Of a DNA stretch of 63,190 bases, positions 8,980 through 19,080 are shown in pieces (the stretch's first letter is position 1; each line of letters begins with the position of its first letter). The position numbers were made by a program, and so were the translations under genes. The notes below the pieces were generated by a model. It saw only the letters and a program-made list of their open reading frames with translations. It was not told the origin of the DNA and did no database searches. This DNA is from a virus (Duplodnaviria; Caudoviricetes): positions 1 through 63,190 of IMG/VR virus record IMGVR_UViG_3300035659_000010; one strand, given 5' to 3'.

Positions 8980-10400
8980 TGGCTGACGTCGTCCCGATCC
9001 GGCAGACGGCTGCACCAATCTGTGATCTCGACGCAGAGGCCGCGATGCTCTCTGCGATGTTCGTGGATCCGGCGCGCTACGACGACGTCATCAGCATCTG
9101 CGGACCGGAGCAGTGTTACGCGGACGCCAACAAGCGCATCTTCGAGGCTATCGTCGAGCTTCGAGAAGCCGACAAACCGATCGACATCGTGACGGTCGCG
9201 CAGTCGCTGCATGCGTCCGGACGTCTCGCCCAGGTGGGGGGCACGCCGTACCTCGGACAGATCGTCGACTCTGTGCCGCATGTCGCGAACGTCGCGGAGT
9301 ACGCGGTCATCGTCCGCGAGAAGTGGCGACTGCGACAGGCGATGGCGCGTGCGCAGACGATCATCGGCACCATCCGTGGCGGCACAGTTCCGAACGATGA
9401 GGTTCAGACGCTGCTCGAAGAAGCCGAGCAGTGGTTCGCGGAGATCGCCCACCAGCGGCAAGACAAGTTCCTGGTACCGCTCAAGGACTCGCTCGCCGAG
9501 GCTTTGAAGAGCCTGCAGGACATGTCCAAGCGGGGCGCGACAATCACCGGCACCCCGATGCTGCTGAAGCCGCTCGACGAGGCGATGAGTGGGCTCCATG
9601 ACGGAGACCTGATCATCGTCGCGGGTCGCCCTGGTTCCGGCAAGACGTCGCTCGCGATGGGGATCGGGGAGAACGTCGCGAAGCAAGGACACGGCGTCGC
9701 GGTCTTCTCTCTGGAGATGCCGGCCATCCAGCTGGTCACGCGCATGTTGGCGTCGCACACACGGATCGAACTGAGCACATTCAGGAAACCGAACGAGGTA
9801 GGAAACCATTGGCCCGCAATCACAAGTGCCATCGCGACAATGGAGAAGCTCCCGCTCTGGATCGACGACACGGGCGGCATCACGATCTCGGAGATCCGAG
9901 CGCGTGTCCGTAAGCTGAAGGTCGACATCGCGAACAAGCGCATCGGCACGGTCACATGCACTGGACTGAAAGTCGTCATCGTCGACTACCTGCAGCTGGT
10001 GCAGGCGCAGCGCGGCAAGGGCCAGAACCGTGAGCAGGAGGTCGCGCTCGTGTCGCGCTCGCTGAAGCTCCTGGCGAAGCAGGAGAACGTCGCCGTCATC
10101 GCGCTCTCGCAGTTGAACCGGTCGAGCGAGTCACGGAAGGGCAGTGACAAGCGACCGCAGCTGAGCGATCTCCGCGAGTCGGGGGCCATCGAGCAGGACG
10201 CCGACGCGGTGCTGTTCGTTTTCCGGCCGAGCATGTACGCCGAAGATCCGGAGTTGGAGGGCTGGGCTGAGATCATCATCGGCAAGCAGCGAAACGGCCC
10301 GGTCGGCACCCACAAGCTCGCTTTCGCCAAGGAATGCGTGCGTTTCGACTTGCTTGAACGGAACCAATTCGACGAGTACGATGGTTTCCAGGACATGTGA
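8979..10400 (+). CDS. dnaB: replicative DNA helicase
   Basis: AGRPGSGKT, FSLEM, VDYLQL, ALSQLNR, RPQLSDLRESGAIEQDAD, KQRNGPVG. Confidence 0.97.
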   Translation: MADVVPIRQTAAPICDLDAEAAMLSAMFVDPARYDDVISICGPEQCYADANKRIFEAIVELREADKPIDIVTVAQSLHASGRLAQVGGTPYLGQIVDSVPHVANVAEYAVIVREKWRLRQAMARAQTIIGTIRGGTVPNDEVQTLLEEAEQWFAEIAHQRQDKFLVPLKDSLAEALKSLQDMSKRGATITGTPMLLKPLDEAMSGLHDGDLIIVAGRPGSGKTSLAMGIGENVAKQGHGVAVFSLEMPAIQLVTRMLASHTRIELSTFRKPNEVGNHWPAITSAIATMEKLPLWIDDTGGITISEIRARVRKLKVDIANKRIGTVTCTGLKVVIVDYLQLVQAQRGKGQNREQEVALVSRSLKLLAKQENVAVIALSQLNRSSESRKGSDKRPQLSDLRESGAIEQDADAVLFVFRPSMYAEDPELEGWAEIIIGKQRNGPVGTHKLAFAKECVRFDLLERNQFDEYDGFQDM

Positions 10401-10413
10401 TCCTGGAACCGCC

Positions 10414-11724
10414 ATGGCCAAACGACGCGCGTCTTCTGCCGACGACATCACGCTCTACGACATCGACCCGGTCTTTCAGGACAAGCTGATCGCTTGGCTG
10501 ACACAGAAACCGAAGGGCGTTGTCGTCGACATCGGCGCCACGCCTGAAGCGTTCACGATCACGCTCGACCCCGGCGGCACATTCCTCGACGAGAGCTTCG
10601 AGCATGTGCTGAGCGCTTCGATGGGCTCACGCTCGAAGAAGAAGTACATCGACCCGGAGTTGGAGAACCGGATTCACATGTTCCTTCACGCGGCGAAGGC
10701 ACGTCTGACGTTCGGCGCGAGCAAGGACGGCGTGTTCAACATGACCGTCTCGAATCCAGACTCGCGCGGCACCGCGAGCGACGAGGACTTCGAGTTCGCG
10801 CTCGTGATCGCCGAGGAGAAGTTCTGGGAGAACATGCCGGCTCGGCCGAAGGTGCCGATCGTGACTGTGCCGGCGCCGATGATCAGTCCCGAGGCGCGAG
10901 GGGCGATGCTGGATGAAACGCTGCCGCCTGGGATGGCGCAGTACTTCCAGCCGCGCCCGACGCTGTCGCTACCGGCGCGACCGTCGCTGCCTCCGGCGCC
11001 GGCACAGACGCCAGGCGGATTCGTTGGCGCCTGGCAACCGCCCGCGGCGCGACCTGCGCCAGCGCGACCTGCGCTGCCAGCGCCGAAACCGAAACCGAAG
11101 CCGAAGTCCACGCCACTGAAGTTCCCGTTGGTCAGTCCGGCTGTGCCGGTGATGACCTCGCTCGGTCAGGCGCCGTCGTTCTTCGGGGGCTCGACGCCGC
11201 CGCCGGGACAGTTCATCTCGAAGAACGCTCGCCGTCCGCCACCTCCGCCGTCGTCGAGACCGTTCGATCCGAGCGTGCCGCCTGTGCGCTACGCGAAGCC
11301 GCACCACTTCGCGGTGAATCCACCAACATATTCGCAGGAGCCGTCCGGATACGTGCTCAGGAAATCGTCACGGTGGTCCGCAGGACGGCAGCTTCCGTAC
11401 CAAGGGCCTTCGGCTAGGGAGGTGGGGGTGGTGCCGCAGGTCTACGGCTCGTGGGAAGCGGCAAAACGGGACGCCGACCGCATGTTGAACCCAGTCGGCT
11501 TCGAGGTTGTCGCGATCGATCAGAGCGGGTTCGAGATTGAGCCGAGCGCCGGTTCGCCGCACGGTCGTATGCGGGAGAACCACGCCGGTGCCTGGCGCAT
11601 CCACCTCGCCGGTGGCGACGTTGCTCGCGGAGCCCACGCCGACTACGACGAGGCTGCGCAGGAGGCCCGTCACACGTACGGCCCCTCGGGTTGGACCGTC
11701 GAGTGGCACGCCGCGGGCCGCTGA
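10414..11724 (+). CDS. multi-segment protein with Pro-rich linker
   Basis: start MAKRRASS; short segments separated by ISKN, FAVN, MREN. Confidence 0.7.
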   Translation: MAKRRASSADDITLYDIDPVFQDKLIAWLTQKPKGVVVDIGATPEAFTITLDPGGTFLDESFEHVLSASMGSRSKKKYIDPELENRIHMFLHAAKARLTFGASKDGVFNMTVSNPDSRGTASDEDFEFALVIAEEKFWENMPARPKVPIVTVPAPMISPEARGAMLDETLPPGMAQYFQPRPTLSLPARPSLPPAPAQTPGGFVGAWQPPAARPAPARPALPAPKPKPKPKSTPLKFPLVSPAVPVMTSLGQAPSFFGGSTPPPGQFISKNARRPPPPPSSRPFDPSVPPVRYAKPHHFAVNPPTYSQEPSGYVLRKSSRWSAGRQLPYQGPSAREVGVVPQVYGSWEAAKRDADRMLNPVGFEVVAIDQSGFEIEPSAGSPHGRMRENHAGAWRIHLAGGDVARGAHADYDEAAQEARHTYGPSGWTVEWHAAGR

Positions 11725-11726
11725 TG

Positions 11727-11732
11727 TAGCCT
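11727..11732 (+). promoter_or_regulatory. -10 box of putative leaderless transcript
   Basis: TAGCCT 7 nt before ATG 11740, no SD. Confidence 0.5.
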
Positions 11733-11739
11733 GCGGCAC

Positions 11740-12738
11740 ATGATCGCTCTCGGCGTCGTCATCAACCCGAAGCTGAAGGTGCCCGTGCTCGTGGTGGTCG
11801 ATGGAGGCTACATCAACATCAGAGCGTTCCCGACCGTGGGCGAGGACGGGGAGGATCAGGAATGGGAATACCTGGGGGATGGGTACTACGGGGAGGATTC
11901 CGGATCGTCGATCACTGGCCTGCCTCGGTCGCACACCCCGAATCGTGGCCCGCGACGAGCGCTGAGACGGAACCGCGTCGAGACAGAGGGGATGGGCTAC
12001 GGCACATCGCTGTACACGGCACTCTGTCTTGGGGCGCACCAGAACCACGAGTGGAACGAGCAAGGGGAACGCGACCGGTACAAGATAGGGTCGTACGGCC
12101 CGACCGGTGACGGGATCTCCTCGATGGAGGGGACCCGATCCGAAGAAGCCGAGGCTTGGTGGAGCGCTGCGCGACGGCGGAAGCTCGTCGCATCGGAGGA
12201 GCACCAAGAGAGGGACGAAGGAGTGGACGTCACGAGTGAGTACTCCTACCGGATCGAGGGCCAGGAGTACGGGGGCGGCGAGATCACGAACGTGAACACG
12301 ATCGACGTGGATGTCTCGACGAACACGGTCGTGGACGTCTACACGTGGCAGAGCGCTCTCAAGCACAATCTGATCATCGCGTCGTTCACGGCTACGTTTA
12401 CGCACTCCGAACCGGCTGGCTTGTGGCAAGCACTGCAGCGAGACGGGATCCATGAGGCGTATCCGCTCTGGATCCTCGGTCTCGACGTGCGCGGATTCAC
12501 GCTCGACGCCATCAACCTGCTCGGCCTCATCGGGCAGAGCGCCGGGCTCAGCGATCAGGATCTGTCGAATCTGCGGTATCGCTGGGAGCGCCAGATCGAT
12601 CCGTCGATGCCGGTGCCGCAGATCGTGTTGCCGTTCAAGCCGAACAGCGCGGCCGCGCACGAGGCGATGGAAGCCGTGGAGCAAGCGGCGGAGATCCGAG
12701 AAGCATCCGGATGGGACAACCTAGCGGATCTGCCGTGA
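11740..12738 (+). CDS. GNAT-like acetyltransferase domain protein
   Basis: EGMGYGTSLYTAL (motif A-like) and SSMEGTRSEEAEAWW. Confidence 0.55.
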   Translation: MIALGVVINPKLKVPVLVVVDGGYINIRAFPTVGEDGEDQEWEYLGDGYYGEDSGSSITGLPRSHTPNRGPRRALRRNRVETEGMGYGTSLYTALCLGAHQNHEWNEQGERDRYKIGSYGPTGDGISSMEGTRSEEAEAWWSAARRRKLVASEEHQERDEGVDVTSEYSYRIEGQEYGGGEITNVNTIDVDVSTNTVVDVYTWQSALKHNLIIASFTATFTHSEPAGLWQALQRDGIHEAYPLWILGLDVRGFTLDAINLLGLIGQSAGLSDQDLSNLRYRWERQIDPSMPVPQIVLPFKPNSAAAHEAMEAVEQAAEIREASGWDNLADLP

Positions 12739-13448
12739 CGGATCACTACGCCCGGAGCGACATCGACGACCTGATCGATCGGGCTGCCGCCGCGCTCTCG
12801 GTCTCCGGCGTCGAGTCAGACGACGTCATCGAAGCCATGGTCGAGGACGGGGTGGAGCCGGGCGACGCGATGCTCGCGGCACATGCCGCGGCGCTCATGG
12901 TGCAGACGCGGGATTGGCTGGAGAAGCACGGTGAGGAGTACGAAGAGAACCGGCGCGTGTACCACGGCAGCGCCCGCGCCTTCGCTCCTGAGAGGGCGTA
13001 TCCGATGGAGGGAAGCTACGGTCCTGGGATCTACTTCACGTCCAAGGAGTTTGGCGCGAGGAAGTTTGCGCAAGACGGCGGACAGATTATCGCCTGCGAC
13101 ATCACACTTCAGAATCCCGTGGACTACTTCGCGTACTTGTCCGGCCCTGACGAGTACATCGGCACGAGCGATAAAGTGAAGGAGTCCTGGTCACCGATGG
13201 AGAAAGTGATGAAGTGGGCTCTGTCAGCCGCAACGAGCTTGTTCCCTGACGCATCCTCGGAGGAGGTGGCAGCGGCACGGGAGCGTGGGCGCCTGAAGAG
13301 TCATCTGCTGAGCATGCTCGGCTACGACGGAATCATCGTGGACTTCTCTCACCCGAACGCGAAAGTTCCGCGCACCGCCTCACCGGACGAGGTTTACTAC
13401 ATCCTCTTCAGCCTCTACGGGAAGAACTGCAAGGTCGTTCCGCAGTGA
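12735..13448 (+). CDS. ADP-ribosyltransferase (ART-PolyVal-like)
   Basis: VYHGS, YGPGIYFT, ITLQNP, LGYDGII, DEVYYILF. Confidence 0.8.
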   Translation: MTDHYARSDIDDLIDRAAAALSVSGVESDDVIEAMVEDGVEPGDAMLAAHAAALMVQTRDWLEKHGEEYEENRRVYHGSARAFAPERAYPMEGSYGPGIYFTSKEFGARKFAQDGGQIIACDITLQNPVDYFAYLSGPDEYIGTSDKVKESWSPMEKVMKWALSAATSLFPDASSEEVAAARERGRLKSHLLSMLGYDGIIVDFSHPNAKVPRTASPDEVYYILFSLYGKNCKVVPQ

Positions 13449-15283
13449 TCCCCGCGGTTGAAGTAGTACCGATCGACGCCGAGGAAGCGTCTCGCTTTCT
13501 CGGCGATGGAGAAGGAGGTCTCTGGGTAGAAAGCGAGGGCCTGCTGCTGCAGACGACGAGCAAGGCGCTCGGTCTGTTCGTTGACGGAAAGATGGTCGGC
13601 GCCGCGACGCTATGGCTCTACGACAAAGACGCCTCGGACAGAGACGTCTGGGGGTATGAAACGTGCGAAGTAACCGCACTCGGAATCTTGCCTGAGTACC
13701 GGAAGCGAGGATTGTCAGAGATGCTCGTGCGCGCGGCGCTCGACGAGTGCAAGCGATCTGGATCTACGAAACTGGGCGCGTGGCCTGTGACGGAAGGGAT
13801 GGCTGCTCAGGTTGGAATACCTCGCGGCGGCTTTTCTACGAGACCGTTGATCGCGAACGTCCGCAAGAAGGCGTGGGTCGAGCAGCTTCTCACGAAGCGC
13901 GACAAGATCGAGAAGGCCATCGGGATGCCGCTCGGCACGATGCTCGGTTGCGGCCACTGGGGCTGCGTGTTCGAGAGTACGCCGCCGTGGGTCGTGAAGC
14001 TCTCGATCGATCCGACGGAGGGACCGATCTGGTCGAAGATCAAGGGACTGCTCGACGAGGAGCGATACGGCGACGGGGGCTTCCCGGAGATCAAGAGCAT
14101 CCATCGGATCACGCCGGACCTCGTGACGGGTGGCCGGAAGCGGAAGGTCTGGGCGATTGTGAGGGAGAACGTCGAGCCGGTGTTCAAGGAGTACAAGGCG
14201 CGCGAGCTTGGGCTCCACGGTGGAGGGACAGTGCTGCGGACGTCGCCGTACACGACCGAGAAGCTGGGGCTGCACGCGCCCGTAGGCGCGTACGACTTTC
14301 AGCGGCCACGAGGAGAAGTCGCTGACGCCGCGGTGATGCTCGGTCTCCGCAGGCCAAGTCCCCCAGCGGAGCTTTCTGCCTGGACGCCGCAGCAGGAGGA
14401 CTTCGGCAGGGCGATCGACGGGCTGATGAAGTACAAGGAAGCCGCGACAGCGTGGCACACGCTTCGCTCTCCGGCGCGCACGCACGGCCAGATCAAAACG
14501 CAGAGCTACTACCGCGCGCAGTTCGGCTGCGGTGGCCCGTCGCAGGACCGTGACTGCCTGGAGAAGATCGAATACCGGCTCAACCGCATCGTCGAGACCA
14601 TGTTCCATGGTCCAGCGTGCGCTCCCCTCGGTGAGTCTCTCTCGATGCTCGCGTCGAACGGTGTCTACCTCCGTGACGTGCATCTCCTGAACATCGGCTG
14701 GCACGTCGCGCGTGACGCCGACGACTGGGACCGCATCGTGATCTTCGATCCGGGGCACACGCCGACGAAGAGCACGGGTGGCATCGAAGAGGCGCTCGTT
14801 GAGAACCCCGCCGGCACCTTCACGCTGTACCACGGCACGTACACGAGATTCGACAGACCGACAGAGATACGCGCTCCGCGCGCAGGCACAGACTACGGAC
14901 CGGGACTCTACATGACCACCGACCCGAGAGAGGCGGCGGGCTACGGCGACTACGTCTACGCCGCGACGGTTAAGCTGGAGAAGCCGCTCGACTTACTGGA
15001 CGACGAGCCCGAGGCTCTCAAGAAGCTGCAACGCGGCCTCAAGATCACCGACGAGGATCTGGAGCACGCCGACAACAAAACACTGGAGGCGTTGCGCCTG
15101 GCGAATCTGGTGTACTCGCAGAGCGCGATCAGCAAGTTCCTGATGCGACTCGGGTACGACAGCATCTACGTCGATCACAGCTTGGTCGAGCATCCGGCGA
15201 CCGCCGTCGCTTCCAATTACATCTCTGTGTTGTCACCGAGTCAGATCCTCTCGTGGGATCTGCTTTCGCGGGAGGCGCCGTGA
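13445..15283 (+). CDS. GNAT + kinase-like + ART-PolyVal-like fusion protein
   Basis: ILPEYRKRGLSEML; LGCGHWGCVF, VVKL, RDVHLLNIG, IFDPG; LYHGT, YGPGLYMT, LGYDSI. Confidence 0.8.
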   Translation: MIPAVEVVPIDAEEASRFLGDGEGGLWVESEGLLLQTTSKALGLFVDGKMVGAATLWLYDKDASDRDVWGYETCEVTALGILPEYRKRGLSEMLVRAALDECKRSGSTKLGAWPVTEGMAAQVGIPRGGFSTRPLIANVRKKAWVEQLLTKRDKIEKAIGMPLGTMLGCGHWGCVFESTPPWVVKLSIDPTEGPIWSKIKGLLDEERYGDGGFPEIKSIHRITPDLVTGGRKRKVWAIVRENVEPVFKEYKARELGLHGGGTVLRTSPYTTEKLGLHAPVGAYDFQRPRGEVADAAVMLGLRRPSPPAELSAWTPQQEDFGRAIDGLMKYKEAATAWHTLRSPARTHGQIKTQSYYRAQFGCGGPSQDRDCLEKIEYRLNRIVETMFHGPACAPLGESLSMLASNGVYLRDVHLLNIGWHVARDADDWDRIVIFDPGHTPTKSTGGIEEALVENPAGTFTLYHGTYTRFDRPTEIRAPRAGTDYGPGLYMTTDPREAAGYGDYVYAATVKLEKPLDLLDDEPEALKKLQRGLKITDEDLEHADNKTLEALRLANLVYSQSAISKFLMRLGYDSIYVDHSLVEHPATAVASNYISVLSPSQILSWDLLSREAP

Positions 15284-15603
15284 GCAGCCCTCGCTACCTG
15301 AGCCTCCGGCTCATCGACCAATACATGTCCGCGGCCAGGAAGCTCGGCGTGTCGGTCGTGGCTCGCAGTCCGCGTGGCTTTATGACCGCGTACCGCCGAG
15401 CCGGCGGGGACCCGGATCGGCTGTCGGAGCACTGGGCGCGGAAGCGAGACAACTTCGTGGCGAGGCACATGGCGCAGGTGAAGGCGCATGGAGAGCCGCT
15501 CTGGCAGGACGGCGTGCCAACGCGCAGGCACCTGGCGCTGATCATGTGGGCGTACTCGCCGAGCCCGGCGCGGCTCGCGAAGCTCGCAGCGAGGATGTCG
15601 TGA
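15280..15603 (+). CDS. small basic hypothetical protein
   Basis: GTGA overlap; RDNFVARHMAQ...RRHLALIMWAYSP. Confidence 0.7.
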   Translation: MSSPRYLSLRLIDQYMSAARKLGVSVVARSPRGFMTAYRRAGGDPDRLSEHWARKRDNFVARHMAQVKAHGEPLWQDGVPTRRHLALIMWAYSPSPARLAKLAARMS

Positions 15604-15663
15604 CAAAATAAGCCAGTCCGCTCGTGCGTTGACCGCAGGCATGTTCCCTGGCACTGTTTCGGT

Positions 15664-16308
15664 ATGCCGATCTCGCTGAACCTCCTGGTCAATCCGTCCT
15701 TGGTCGGTCCTCCCCCCGTTCCTACGCCGGCCTTTCCTCCCAGCGGCCAGCTTCTCGTGACTGTTCAATCGGCCACAGCAGATGGTCTCGCTGCCAGCAC
15801 TCAGCGGGCTCTGCTTGACGTTCAAGAACGCAACGTCGAGATTATTGCGAAACTCGGGCCCAGCTACGCTCTGTGGGTCAACGACGCGACTCTTTCTGGC
15901 GGCGGCGACGGACACACGTTCGTTTTGGAGATCCTGTTTGTGTCGGCTCAGATCAATCTTCTGGGACAGCTTGTTGCCTTGCTTGGTCTAGGCATTTCGC
16001 TTGCTCCCGAGAACTTTCGGTTTCAGTTTGCACTGGCTGGCGACGCAGAAAATCTACCGCCGCTTTACGATCCGATGCTGCAGACGTTGTTCGACACGGT
16101 CGACTCGCCTCCGTTCTTGGATTTCGCGGCTTTTGGGATTTTCAACCTGTGGGCCGGAGCAGCGAAGGGGACACGCTTTATGATGGGGGTCGGCGCGCTC
16201 TTTGTGCCGGAACAACAGCAGCTTCGCGCGAGCGCATCGTCCGCCGCCGCTTCCCCGCGCACGATGAGCGACGTGCTCGCCGCCGCCCGCGCGATGCTCA
16301 AGAAGTAG
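15664..16308 (+). CDS. paralog of the N-terminal domain of spike-like proteins 56089 and 57401
   Basis: LSGGGDGHTFVLEILF and AGAAKGTRFM match LTGAGDGHMFFLELE and AGSAKGQRV. Confidence 0.75.
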   Translation: MPISLNLLVNPSLVGPPPVPTPAFPPSGQLLVTVQSATADGLAASTQRALLDVQERNVEIIAKLGPSYALWVNDATLSGGGDGHTFVLEILFVSAQINLLGQLVALLGLGISLAPENFRFQFALAGDAENLPPLYDPMLQTLFDTVDSPPFLDFAAFGIFNLWAGAAKGTRFMMGVGALFVPEQQQLRASASSAAASPRTMSDVLAAARAMLKK

Positions 16309-16376
16309 TCCGCTCACTCGCGACACATGCTCGCGAAAACAAAATGACGTAGGCATGTACGCTTGACTTTCTTGTG

Positions 16377-16412
16377 TTGACGTAATCGTTTCGGTTCCCA
16401 TACTGGCTAGCC
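16377..16412 (+). promoter_or_regulatory. sigma70-like promoter with GGCTAGCC box
   Basis: TTGACG-N16-CATACT then GGCTAGCC and AGGAGG. Confidence 0.6.
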
Positions 16413-16430
16413 AGGAGGAACTGGAACAAC

Positions 16431-16688
16431 ATGAGCAAGCAGTACTCGGGACATTCTCTCATCAGTGACGTCACGCCTTGGTGGTGGTCGAGCCGCTGGG
16501 GCCAGGGCGAGATCAGGCGCGCGGTGCTCGCGCTGCTCGCGACGAGGAAGTTCGACATCTCGCATGTCGAAATCTCACGCGAGGGTCTGCAGGTGAAGCT
16601 CGCGCTCGGCGAGCAAGAGGACGTGAACCGCACACAGGATCGCGTGAACGCCCTGAAGGCGGCGCTCGACGAGATGGTTGCGGCGTGA
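16431..16688 (+). CDS. hypothetical protein
   Basis: RBS; GTGA overlap with ruvC. Confidence 0.65.
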   Translation: MSKQYSGHSLISDVTPWWWSSRWGQGEIRRAVLALLATRKFDISHVEISREGLQVKLALGEQEDVNRTQDRVNALKAALDEMVAA

Positions 16689-17209
16689 TCCGGGTCGTAG
16701 TCGGCATCGATCCCGGTCTCGCCTCGTGCGGGCTCGCGATCGTCACGAAAGAGATACAGCAACCGTGGCGGCTCGTGTACTCACAGACCATCCGAACGCC
16801 GCCGAGCATGGATCTGCACTCCCGGATGCACGAAATCTACACGGCGATGCAGGGGGTGCCGACCGACCTGTTCCGGGGCGTCCATATGCACGAGGCCCTC
16901 TTCGCCTGCGAGAACCAGTCCGGAGTCCTGGAGGGGAAGCGCCGCACCGGGCAGACGAACGCTGCGGCTGCGCTCGTCCAGCAGGTCGTGGGCATGGCGC
17001 GCGTCCGGGCCTTCTCGTTGGTGGTCCGGTTCGTTGAGCCGACGCCAGCGCAGGTGAAGACGGTGCTCGCCGGCATCCCGCGGACGGCGAGCAAGGCGCA
17101 GGTGCAGCGAGCGGTGCGTGCCCTCGTGAGGGACTGCCCGAAGGTGATGAGCGAGCACGCGAGCGATGCGATTGCGGTGGCGCTCGCGGGAGCGAGGATG
17201 GTCCGGTGA
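16685..17209 (+). CDS. ruvC: Holliday junction resolvase RuvC
   Basis: VGIDPGLASCG, ACE, PAQVK, ASKAQVQ, HASDAIAVA. Confidence 0.9.
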   Translation: MIRVVVGIDPGLASCGLAIVTKEIQQPWRLVYSQTIRTPPSMDLHSRMHEIYTAMQGVPTDLFRGVHMHEALFACENQSGVLEGKRRTGQTNAAAALVQQVVGMARVRAFSLVVRFVEPTPAQVKTVLAGIPRTASKAQVQRAVRALVRDCPKVMSEHASDAIAVALAGARMVR

Positions 17210-17391
17210 AAGAGCGCATCAAGCTACCGAGCGACCTCGCCCTCGCCGACGACGCGGCACTGGAGTTTTATAAGGGTGCGTGGTGGATCGTCGCCACGAA
17301 TCAGGGCGGCTACGACTGCACGAGGGTGTCTCTCCCTGCGCTGCTCAGGTGGCTCCGCGCGAACCGCCCCGACTTGCTGAAGGCTCCATGA
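17206..17391 (+). CDS. hypothetical protein
   Basis: coupled small ORF. Confidence 0.55.
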   Translation: MKERIKLPSDLALADDAALEFYKGAWWIVATNQGGYDCTRVSLPALLRWLRANRPDLLKAP

Positions 17392-17549
17392 TGGCGACCG
17401 TCATCTTCGGCTTTGCCGACGGTCGCGTCAGTGGTGGGATCGGGTGCGATCTTTTCAACGGCGCGTTCGCAGAGGTTCTGCGGCTCGCGACGCTGTGCCG
17501 CGCCGAGGCGGTCTGGTGCCTGCCTCTGAATATATGGGAGAAACTGTGA
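17388..17549 (+). CDS. hypothetical protein
   Basis: ATGA overlap; coupled to next gene. Confidence 0.45.
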   Translation: MMATVIFGFADGRVSGGIGCDLFNGAFAEVLRLATLCRAEAVWCLPLNIWEKL

Positions 17550-18181
17550 TGGCACTCAAGACTCCGCTGAAGTTGAAGAACACACCACAACCGCACCGTG
17601 CCTTCCCGCCGCTCCCGGTTATGAAGCCACTGAGCAGCGCGACGCCGAAAGCCCCGACCGGACAGGTCGAGCGCTGGCTCGTGATCCACAAGCGGACCGG
17701 CGGCGTGCTCGGCGTCGCCTGGGACCACTACTGGTTCGGCGCGCGTGCCCGCGCCGAGTGGTACTACAAGGTGCCGCTCGACGCCCTCACGCTCCGGCAC
17801 ATGCCGCTGCTTCAAGTCGAGAAGGACGCGCAGTGCAACATGAGCGGTGAACAGCTGGTGAAGGCTCTTGGGTTGAAGATGCACACGGAGGTCGTCGTCC
17901 AAGACGTCGACCATGCCGAGGGGACGATCACTCTCGGGCGGGGGTGCGGCATGACCTTCTCGTTCAACGACGAGTCCGGCAAATACTTCAGCTGTATGCT
18001 GCCGACTGGCCACACCGGGGATCACCGCGCCTTTGCTGGACCGACTTGCGACGTTGTGTTCCGATGGCGTGAAGGCTCCGTCGGCGGTGCCTTGGCCTGT
18101 CGGCTGGCGCTCGGGCATCGCGGTAAGCACCACGGATACAAGAGGCGCTGGAAGACGGGCGAGGGACTGGTGAAACGATGA
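17549..18181 (+). CDS. hypothetical protein with two CxLxxGHxGxH motifs
   Basis: CMLPTGHTGDH, CRLALGHRGKH. Confidence 0.6.
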   Translation: MALKTPLKLKNTPQPHRAFPPLPVMKPLSSATPKAPTGQVERWLVIHKRTGGVLGVAWDHYWFGARARAEWYYKVPLDALTLRHMPLLQVEKDAQCNMSGEQLVKALGLKMHTEVVVQDVDHAEGTITLGRGCGMTFSFNDESGKYFSCMLPTGHTGDHRAFAGPTCDVVFRWREGSVGGALACRLALGHRGKHHGYKRRWKTGEGLVKR

Positions 18182-18378
18182 CCAATGAAGAGATCGCTGT
18201 TCAGGCCAAGAAGCTCATGTTGGGACTCCGCGGGTCTGGTCTGAAGTCTATTGACGTCCTAACGATCCTCCTCTCGGCGCTGGCGGCCACGGCGGTTTAC
18301 TGCGGCGTGTCGAAAGACGATGTGATGGAGAATGTGGAGCGCGCCTACGATGCGGTATCGGGGCTCAAGCAGAACTAA
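18178..18378 (+). CDS. hypothetical protein
   Basis: ATGA overlap. Confidence 0.6.
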   Translation: MTNEEIAVQAKKLMLGLRGSGLKSIDVLTILLSALAATAVYCGVSKDDVMENVERAYDAVSGLKQN

Positions 18379-18388
18379 AGGGAAGCAC

Positions 18389-18775
18389 ATGACAGACTTC
18401 GGAGGCATGGGCGGTGTGCAGGGCGGGCGTCCGCGGAACGACGAGGATCTATTCGAGGTTGCGGTCGAGCGCGCTCTCGGCGAACGGCTGCGCAAAGAGC
18501 ACACGCCAAACCTGGGCCGCCCGGACTGGTTCGAGGGCACAGGCATCGGTCACCGGCTCTGGGGCTCGCTCTCGAACGTCGACTGGAAGCACGAGAACGG
18601 CGACACCGCGAGCTACTCGTTCCGAGCGGCGGGCGACCTGATCGCGACCATCGTGGGCGAGGGCGACTACATGGACTGGTACTGCTCGCACGACCACGGC
18701 GTCATCGACCCGGAGGTTGCGGAGGCGATGGCGCGCGAGGGCTGGATGGCGACCGTGATGGAAGGGGAGCTTTGA
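18389..18775 (+). CDS. hypothetical phage protein
   Basis: RBS; [12 protein letters not shown]...YMDWYCS. Confidence 0.7.
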   Translation: MTDFGGMGGVQGGRPRNDEDLFEVAVERALGERLRKEHTPNLGRPDWFEGTGIGHRLWGSLSNVDWKHENGDTASYSFRAAGDLIATIVGEGDYMDWYCSHDHGVIDPEVAEAMAREGWMATVMEGEL

Positions 18776-19077
18776 ACCCGTACTGGCTTGTCGCGATCCC
18801 ACTCGCCTGGCTCTCCGGCTATCTGGTCGGCCAGGATGCGGGCCGCGACGCCGAGCGCAAGCGCGTGAACTACGGCATGAACATCGCGTTGTCGCTTCTG
18901 TCGAGCAAGGCACTGTACCTCCTGAACGGTTGGAACCGTGGAGACATGTCGAAGGAGTACCTCCTGTCCGGGCTCAAGGAGTACGCCGCCGAGAAGAAGG
19001 CGAAGCACGAGGGAGAGCAGCAGGCGCTGCTGGAGCGGCTTGGGCGGTACAGCGAGAAGCAGAAAGAGAGGGAGTAA
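18772..19077 (+). CDS. hypothetical protein with N-terminal TM segment
   Basis: TTGA overlap; hydrophobic N-terminus. Confidence 0.55.
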   Translation: MNPYWLVAIPLAWLSGYLVGQDAGRDAERKRVNYGMNIALSLLSSKALYLLNGWNRGDMSKEYLLSGLKEYAAEKKAKHEGEQQALLERLGRYSEKQKERE

Positions 19078-19080
19078 CAC

